Virus record (IMG/VR): IMGVR_UViG_3300037705_000022
Coordinates: 1-50,424 of that record
Direction: 5' to 3' (one strand)
Source of the DNA: a virus
Taxonomy: Duplodnaviria; Caudoviricetes
Length of the DNA: 50,424 nucleotides
Part shown: one piece after another, positions 44,348 to 50,424 of the stretch
How positions within the stretch are numbered: the first letter of the stretch is position 1
Layout of the letters: each line of letters starts with the position of its first letter
Notes under the pieces: generated by a model
Database searches by the model: none
Told to the model about the DNA's origin: nothing
The model's input: the letters and a program-made list of their open reading frames with translations, nothing else
Translations under genes and position numbers: made by a program

Positions 44348-44944
44348 TTACGATCTCCTGACTGCCATTAAAAACGCAGTTCCGAACTGAAATCGACACG
44401 CCAGCATATCAGGTGTTGTAGAGCTGTGAATTCTCAATGCAGGCAACTGATTCAGAAGCCACACGTAACGACTCGCGAACATCCTGATGCCGATCGCGAC
44501 TAACTCAACGGCCTCTTCGCAACGGTATTCCTCGACAAGCGATCCTAAGCACGAGTCGCATTTGTGAATGTGACCCATGTTGCATTCAGCCTTGCCGGTA
44601 CCATCGCACCTACTACATGGACGGGTAGTGACCCATTGTTCATTCGCACGAGACGGCGGTCCTTCCGTATTGGGAAGCTTGATCTTCAATTCTTTGCCGA
44701 TCGAATCTAGTATCGCTGAGATTCCAGGAGGATTGCGAGGTGTTTCTAACGACCATTTTCCATCAATGAATCGATTGCAATGGAACGACTCTTCTGGCTC
44801 GTCGCAGTCGAATACCACCATCATTCGACCGTCAGTGATTATCAATTGACCATCACGCCAGAACGGTGGAACAGTTTCAAGCGACAGCCTTGGCGCAAGG
44901 AAGTCCCGCAGTTCGCACAATTCGGCGGTGGCGGTAGTTGTCAT
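44348..44944 (-). CDS. Phage protein with a DnaJ-like CxxCxGxG zinc motif
   Basis: CSRCDGTG...CDSCLGS. Confidence 0.6.
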   Translation of the reverse strand: MTTTATAELCELRDFLAPRLSLETVPPFWRDGQLIITDGRMMVVFDCDEPEESFHCNRFIDGKWSLETPRNPPGISAILDSIGKELKIKLPNTEGPPSRANEQWVTTRPCSRCDGTGKAECNMGHIHKCDSCLGSLVEEYRCEEAVELVAIGIRMFASRYVWLLNQLPALRIHSSTTPDMLACRFQFGTAFLMAVRRS

Positions 44945-44995
44945 CGGTATTAGCTCCTATCGGTCAAAATGGGTACAGGTCGCGTACTCGGCGGC

Positions 44996-46630
44996 TCAGA
45001 ATGGAACGTCAACAGGTTGTTGTCGTCCTTCGCGAATTGCAAGCGTCTCGCGAATGTGTATATCGAGCCCCCTTTGTTTCACAAACTCTTTATCGAGGCA
45101 CCACTTCAGGAAGCTGGTTGGAACATCCTTTAGAGGCTTTCCTGCGTGATCCTTACTAAACGTCAAAATGTGATCTGGACCGGTCTTGCTCTTGAGCTTC
45201 GTAATCACCGCACCAGCTTGACCGCGAGACATTCCCATCGCCTTGTCGGGATTGACTCCCAACTTCACGAGCAACGCAACTTGCTTGACGCTGGGGCCGT
45301 TTGGATTCGGCGTGTAGTCGGTGTCTGGGTTAAACTTGCGTCCTGCAAACAGGTCAACGTCCGTCGCGGTGTACTGGGCACGGTCTGCCTTGTGTCGAGT
45401 CGACGCCCTTGCAAGCCGTTCCTCTTCCTGTTTCTTTAACTTGGCTTCTCGGGCGGTCTTGGCCTTCTCAATCAACTCTTCCATGTCGACCGCTGTATTT
45501 GCTTCCTTAGCAGCGATCAACGCAGATTCCAAGTCGATCGGCTCCACGTCGTCACCAGCGAGAACGTCTGCAACGGTAATGAGCTTGTGGTTTCCGCTGT
45601 TGCCAACGAAATCGAGAATCACGCAATTAGGCTTATCACTTGCCGCGATCGCCGCGCGTCGAGCCTCGGCGGTGTCAGGACCATCGACAACGCCCTCTAA
45701 TGGTCGCGTCCCACGTCCGATAATTTGGTAGTACAGCGACTCCGCTTTTGTTGGTCGAGCGTTCGCGATGATGTAGGTTTTCGGAGCATCAAAGCCCTCG
45801 GTAAAGCACATGCAATTCACGAGTATTTGGGTCTCTCCACGCTTGTATCGTTCGATGATGTCGCGACGTTCTGATTTGTCCGTCTTGTCAATCACCATCT
45901 CGGCAGTCACGCCGTCATAGGCATTGAACGCCGCTGTCAGTTTCGCCGCGTGCTCTTGACCGGCTGCGAATACGAGCGTCGGACGCCCGGCTGCTTCGTC
46001 GATTGTTGGCTTCGCGATCGCGTGCAATAGCCTCTCTTCATCCTCGTCACAGTCACCAAGGAATGCACGCTCACGAGCACCTTCGGCAAGATCGCCTTTG
46101 ACCGTCTTCACCTTGGACAAGTCGAGTGAATCAACCTGAATGAATCGTTGACGAATCGGAACGAGCCAACCATCATCGATCGCTTGCTTGAGTCCCATTT
46201 CGTACGCGACGGAATCACAGACGTTGTGCAGTCCAACACCGTCAGATCGTTTTGGAGTCGCTGTCACAAGCAGTATCTTGAGTTCTGGATTCTGGCTGTA
46301 CCATTCGATCAGTAGACGGTAGCTCTCAGCGGTTGCGTGATGAGCCTCGTCGATGATCAGCAGGCCGAACTTGTGCGGGTTGAACTTGGTAAAGCGTCGA
46401 ACCTTCCCCTTGTCGGAGCACATCGGGCAACCGCCGCCATTACAGTCGGGGCACTTTGAGAATGCCGTTTGGGTTTGCACGGTCGATACAATTACCTTCT
46501 CGAATCCCGCGCGATCTGTCCCCATTTCTACGCCAGCGGTCAGGCCAGCACGCTTGGCATGCGCGACCGCTTGGTAGATCAATTCGCTTCTGTGTGCGAG
46601 AACAAGGATTCTCTTCATCGCTCCGTCCAC
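44996..46630 (-). CDS. SF2 (DEAH) helicase, C-terminal part (motifs Ia-VI)
   Basis: LVLAHRSELI.Q, IIDEAHH, VTATP.R, TEGFDAP, QIIGRGTR. Confidence 0.9.
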   Translation of the reverse strand: MDGAMKRILVLAHRSELIYQAVAHAKRAGLTAGVEMGTDRAGFEKVIVSTVQTQTAFSKCPDCNGGGCPMCSDKGKVRRFTKFNPHKFGLLIIDEAHHATAESYRLLIEWYSQNPELKILLVTATPKRSDGVGLHNVCDSVAYEMGLKQAIDDGWLVPIRQRFIQVDSLDLSKVKTVKGDLAEGARERAFLGDCDEDEERLLHAIAKPTIDEAAGRPTLVFAAGQEHAAKLTAAFNAYDGVTAEMVIDKTDKSERRDIIERYKRGETQILVNCMCFTEGFDAPKTYIIANARPTKAESLYYQIIGRGTRPLEGVVDGPDTAEARRAAIAASDKPNCVILDFVGNSGNHKLITVADVLAGDDVEPIDLESALIAAKEANTAVDMEELIEKAKTAREAKLKKQEEERLARASTRHKADRAQYTATDVDLFAGRKFNPDTDYTPNPNGPSVKQVALLVKLGVNPDKAMGMSRGQAGAVITKLKSKTGPDHILTFSKDHAGKPLKDVPTSFLKWCLDKEFVKQRGLDIHIRETLAIREGRQQPVDVPF

Positions 46631-46863
46631 CTTCTCATTACTTCGCTGAACACGACCGATTTACCGCAACCGGTCGGAAGGCAAACTAGAGTTGCCCGGC
46701 TGGTTTCAAATTCAGTGAATACGTTATCGACAGATGCTTTTTGGTACGGTCGAAGTGTGATCTCGCTCGGCTTGACCGACTTCGCAGCAGTCAGTTCACG
46801 CCGCTTTATTTCTTCCTTGATGTCGTCGAATAGAAAGAGCTTCTGGCTCATATCCCAAGCCAC
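46615..46863 (-). CDS. SF2 helicase, N-terminal part (Q motif and Walker A)
   Basis: LRPYQ...LPTGCGKS, stop at 46615. Confidence 0.85.
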   Translation of the reverse strand: MAWDMSQKLFLFDDIKEEIKRRELTAAKSVKPSEITLRPYQKASVDNVFTEFETSRATLVCLPTGCGKSVVFSEVMRRWTER

Positions 46864-47852
46864 CCTTTCTCCGCATCTGACAAGACGCCCCTTGAGCGAA
46901 TGGGAATGAATCCATGACCTTCACACCGCTTGCAGTCAGACTTCACCTTACCCTTGCATTTCGGACACTCGCACAACATTCCTGCTTGCTGAATCGACCG
47001 CTTGGCATCTCGCAATAGAGTGTCGATATGCACAAGCTCCAGCCACTCGCCACCCTTGACGGTCGCCAGTTCCTTGACCTCACGACGGGCCTTGTCGAGC
47101 GAGTTGCCGAGCGTCTTGAGAACGGCGTTCAGCCCGTGTTGCTCTCGTAGCGAGTCGATAACCACTCGCTCTAGTTCATCCAGGACGATGGACGCCTGTG
47201 ACTTTGGCGGTTCTGGTTCGTCCGCATCACCAACAGGTTCACCCTGGGGATGCGAGCACGCCGAGCACGCCGAGCCGCTGTCGTCTTCAGTCCATTCCGT
47301 ACAGCCGCAATTGGGGCAGGGCTCGGATGTCGGCGTGACGGATTCCGCATCGACAGTGTTATCGTCGTCGGCTTCTGGTTCTTCCTCGTTATCCTCGGGC
47401 TCCACGACAACCGTGTGTAACGCGATCAATTCCTTGGCTTGCTTGTGGGTTAGCCGCCCACCTTTCTTAGCGATTTTGATTGCGTCCTTAATCGCCTTCT
47501 CTGGGGTGGTAGTTTGGGCTAAGTCGTACAAAGCGTAGTCGTCAAACCCAATAAAATTAAGGGTGGAGTCATTCCCTACGTAGGGAAAAACAATTCGATC
47601 AAAGACGCTGGCGATGCGATACGCGCTCGACTTTGACATGCCGAAAGTTTCGTCCGCCCACGTTATGAATGTGCCGTTTTCGTCTTCCGCTTTGCAGTCG
47701 TCTCGGGCTCCTGCGAACTCTTCCGCAAGATCAAATAGAGAACGCTTTGCGGACGCCAGATGCTTCTTAACTCGCCCCTCACGATAGATCAGCTTGCTCT
47801 TGAGTTCCTTGCTGATTCCGTCGAAACATGATGTTGTCAACGCTTTTGCCAT
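46848..47852 (-). CDS. DUF3102-like protein with HTH, acidic linker and zinc ribbons
   Basis: GTFITWADETFGMSKSSAYR; CPNC/CSAC; CPKC/CKRC. Confidence 0.6.
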   Translation of the reverse strand: MAKALTTSCFDGISKELKSKLIYREGRVKKHLASAKRSLFDLAEEFAGARDDCKAEDENGTFITWADETFGMSKSSAYRIASVFDRIVFPYVGNDSTLNFIGFDDYALYDLAQTTTPEKAIKDAIKIAKKGGRLTHKQAKELIALHTVVVEPEDNEEEPEADDDNTVDAESVTPTSEPCPNCGCTEWTEDDSGSACSACSHPQGEPVGDADEPEPPKSQASIVLDELERVVIDSLREQHGLNAVLKTLGNSLDKARREVKELATVKGGEWLELVHIDTLLRDAKRSIQQAGMLCECPKCKGKVKSDCKRCEGHGFIPIRSRGVLSDAEKGWLGI

Positions 47853-48183
47853 GTCGATCTCTTTGGTTAAGCCGCTCAGGCCGAATCGCCGGGTACCGAC
47901 GTCGGACAAAGAACAACGCCACCCGAAAACGGGCGTCCGGCGATTCGGTCTGAGGGGCTGAATTGAAAATGAACTTTGTCGTAAGAATTTCGGTACGTCG
48001 CATATTGAAACCGATCACGTCGTGGATGTCAAGATGGAATCAGATCCTCAAAAGTTGGTACGTTCCTCGTTCGTCGATTGCCGGTATGTCCATCCAGCCA
48101 AACGGCAATAGTTCAATCTCAGCCGACGTGAGCGGCTTCTGCTCGTGTGCAAGGAAATGAAAGTGCTATCTGTTGTCGATTGT

Positions 48184-48378
48184 TCACGTCGCTACCCGCT
48201 CCTTAATCAACTGAATCAAACGCCCACTACATTCTCTGTCGTGCCACTGCCGCCAGATATCATTCTTTTCTGGAACCGTCCCCCATGCTAATCCGTGTCT
48301 CAATCGATATCCCTGCCACTTGCAGCCGTGACGCTTTTCACAACACCACACACCAGTATCTACGGGGCCGTGTTCCAC
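48184..48378 (-). CDS. Small hypothetical protein
   Basis: ORF track; operon orientation. Confidence 0.4.
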   Translation of the reverse strand: MEHGPVDTGVWCCEKRHGCKWQGYRLRHGLAWGTVPEKNDIWRQWHDRECSGRLIQLIKERVAT

Positions 48379-48424
48379 GCTTCACCGTCCAATTTCATTG
48401 TGTTACGTCCTGTTCATCGAGTCA

Positions 48425-48829
48425 TTAATTGCACATAGCGGGCCACGATGGCATCCATTCCGCCGATCCAAATCTGTCAATCTCACGCGGTGTTAAATAC
48501 GTCACGACGCCTCCATCGGCGGTATGAACAACGAGTATCAACGCGACACAATCGTCTTCCTCAAACTTCGCTCGGTATCGATCGCCGTCTTTCTCAAGCG
48601 TTGGTGGCTTTGAACTGTTGACGATCCTCGCTCTGACCGTCCAGTCGAGATGGTTCGTTAGTGTTATTCCAGCTTCAATAAGTCCGTTCAGAACATCCAG
48701 ATTGTCACCGCATGTTTGGCGGTTGATTTTCATTAATCCACTTATAGTTATCGACTCGAACCCGATCCAGAGATGCTTAACCAAGTAAGCGTGATCTATC
48801 GCATTTGTGCAATCCAAAACAGCCTTCAT
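48425..48829 (-). CDS. Hypothetical protein flanked by a 14-bp direct repeat
   Basis: ATGA-coupled; TCCTGTTCATCGAG at 48408 and 48839. Confidence 0.6.
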   Translation of the reverse strand: MKAVLDCTNAIDHAYLVKHLWIGFESITISGLMKINRQTCGDNLDVLNGLIEAGITLTNHLDWTVRARIVNSSKPPTLEKDGDRYRAKFEEDDCVALILVVHTADGGVVTYLTPREIDRFGSAEWMPSWPAMCN

Positions 48830-49029
48830 GGGCGTACATCCTGTTCATCGAGCCTCTTAACAATATCCACCCAACGTGTCCGCCAAAATTTCGTTGTCCT
48901 CTTCTGATCCAACAAGCAGTCGTATAGCTCATGGTTTGCGCGTCGCCAGTTGCGATCACAGATCCAATGAGACGCGAGTGCGCCGACGAGAAATCCAGAA
49001 GCGAATGCGATTGCAAATGCGATTGTCAT
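48826..49029 (-). CDS. Small membrane protein
   Basis: N-terminal TM; AAGGAG RBS. Confidence 0.55.
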   Translation of the reverse strand: MTIAFAIAFASGFLVGALASHWICDRNWRRANHELYDCLLDQKRTTKFWRTRWVDIVKRLDEQDVRP

Positions 49030-49180
49030 TGTGCGAGTTCTCCTTCAACTACCCTTCCGTCAACTGCCACGATATCAGGCAAACTTCAGTCGCTGCGTAT
49101 CCGAACATTCACAGAGCTTCGTGCTCGAGGCCGCGCGTTCGCCATGCGTCGTAGTTGCGTGGTAGTGGGTCTTTATTGGC

Positions 49181-49402
49181 TCAATCCGTGCAGTGTTTCT
49201 TCGCCACTTCAAGAACGTCTATGGCGTATTGAAGGATCTCGCTTTCCTTTCTGTGAGACGGACCATCAACAACAACAGTCACTCGCGAATCACCAGCCGG
49301 AAAGCTCCACTCGCACTTGTGCCTTTGCACCAACTGATGGAACACTTCCTTTAACTTGGTGACATCGGCGATATCCAAATCATTCAAAGTAACCGAATAC
49401 AT
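49181..49402 (-). CDS. Hypothetical protein
   Basis: AAGGA RBS. Confidence 0.55.
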   Translation of the reverse strand: MYSVTLNDLDIADVTKLKEVFHQLVQRHKCEWSFPAGDSRVTVVVDGPSHRKESEILQYAIDVLEVAKKHCTD

Positions 49403-49412
49403 CGAAGTTCCT

Positions 49413-49604
49413 TCACTTCAAGAGGATCCTTTCAATCAAATCCGCAACGGTAATGCCACGTTCATTCGCTCGTCTTAAAAGTTCCGCGTCGATCTCAGCG
49501 TCGGATGGTTCACGAAACCGAGCCTCATTGTCGAGACGCTTTTCGTACTCGTGCTCTCGTGATTCGCGTTCGTCGTAGTCGAATTGGTTCACTGATCGCT
49601 CCAA
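49413..49604 (-). CDS. Small hypothetical protein, C-terminus weakly RHH-like
   Basis: ELLRRANERGITVADLIERIL. Confidence 0.45.
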   Translation of the reverse strand: MERSVNQFDYDERESREHEYEKRLDNEARFREPSDAEIDAELLRRANERGITVADLIERILLK

Positions 49605-49834
49605 ATTCCGCGAATTCCACTAGCGAATCCGAAAATGATAAACCCAACACTGAGAAGTCTCCTAAAGTGATCTACCGGTTCTTGGCGATCGGAAATCGTC
49701 GCTCCATATCCAATGAATCCAAGGACGGCAATCGTTACCACGAGCATAATGCCAGTTCCGATTAGACGAATGCGAAACTCTCGTTTATTGCGGGTGCATT
49801 TAGAACAGTCGCAGTCGTTGACCCAGTCGTTCAC
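49589..49834 (-). CDS. Two-TM membrane protein
   Basis: Two hydrophobic segments. Confidence 0.55.
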   Translation of the reverse strand: MNDWVNDCDCSKCTRNKREFRIRLIGTGIMLVVTIAVLGFIGYGATISDRQEPVDHFRRLLSVGFIIFGFASGIRGIWSDQ

Positions 49835-50163
49835 GGTGTCTCCCTGTAGAGCGGCTCGCGGAAGTAAGGAGGCAGACTATCGACGACTGACGCGGCGATT
49901 GTTTCGCGGAAGGATGATCCCCATGCCGCCAGAGCACAGTACACAGCTTTGCGTACATCCCCGCTCGGATCTTCGATGGGCTCGCGTTCGTGTTCGGCTA
50001 CCTCGGCGAATAATTCGTACGACTCATGGTTGCACTCGAACTTCCACGTTGAGTCTCCTTCAACAGCAGTTAGTAGTCCATACCAAGACTCTGTGCCTTG
50101 ATTGCGGAATCGGCATGCCATCCCGATGTCATCCGCCGTTGCTGGTCGCCATACGATTGCCAT
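49831..50163 (-). CDS. Hypothetical protein
   Basis: TAATG-coupled to the junction-spanning ORF. Confidence 0.65.
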   Translation of the reverse strand: MAIVWRPATADDIGMACRFRNQGTESWYGLLTAVEGDSTWKFECNHESYELFAEVAEHEREPIEDPSGDVRKAVYCALAAWGSSFRETIAASVVDSLPPYFREPLYRETP

Positions 50164-50424
50164 TACGCTTGCGTCCTTTCATGCGGAAAGTATGGGTAGC
50201 TCTCGCACAGGTTGTGATCGAGATGCAGATTGCAATCCTCTTTCGTGTAGCCGCACGTCGGGCAATGCTTTGCAGTTGCCTCGTGTGATGTACTCTGAGT
50301 CTCTGCCAACAGAATCTTCTCAAGTACCTTTGTTATCATCCAGCAATACCAACTGGCATTGTCGCGGTCGTCGCAACTGGGCTCAGTTATCCGAAACTGC
50401 TGATTCTCGACAACGAGCCACGCA

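Noticed and set aside
43569-44399. 276-aa ORF
   Set aside because: Runs through a promoter and terminator and overlaps the better ORF 43637-44095; only the short leader part from MSQLH may be meaningful
50298-50424. 127-bp terminal repeat as a biological direct terminal repeat
   Set aside because: Its length equals a common assembler k-mer and it falls inside an ORF that continues across the junction; an assembly overlap is the simpler explanation
1-50424. Stop-codon reassignment
   Set aside because: Standard code gives full-length terminase, portal, capsid and TMP, and all three stop codons end genes at coupled junctions

Overview
The window is an apparently complete, circularly assembled ~50.3 kb tailed (siphovirus-like) phage genome: bases 1-127 are repeated exactly at 50298-50424 and one ORF reads through the junction. 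Nearly all genes lie on the minus strand. It contains a lambda-like packaging/head/tail module (8.8-27.2 kb), extra virion, secreted and membrane genes (27.3-39 kb), and replication/recombination genes (split SF2 helicase, YqaJ exonuclease, NinG, DUF1064, C5 methyltransferase). I recognised no integrase, DNA polymerase or classical endolysin. A LEPR-type Planctomycete extracellular motif, two CsrA-like genes and secreted trypsin/CxxCH proteins suggest a Planctomycete host (inference). The most unusual feature is at 6.26-8.94 kb: an operon of six small orphan genes, five of them preceded by a ~50-bp repeat (conserved GCCGC/GCGGC stem, variable loop) that in three copies ends CCCCATTGAA(A)G like a CRISPR repeat. 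The operon is led by a classical C2H2 zinc-finger gene and faces a leaderless ribbon-helix-helix gene across a divergent promoter pair. Other highlights are an IS1595 element (26-bp TIRs, 8-bp TSD) carrying a Cas11/Cas8c-C-terminus-like passenger, a Tad1-family sponge, and a two-frame (EcoHK31I-like) methyltransferase. All family calls come from motif recognition by eye; no database searches were run.
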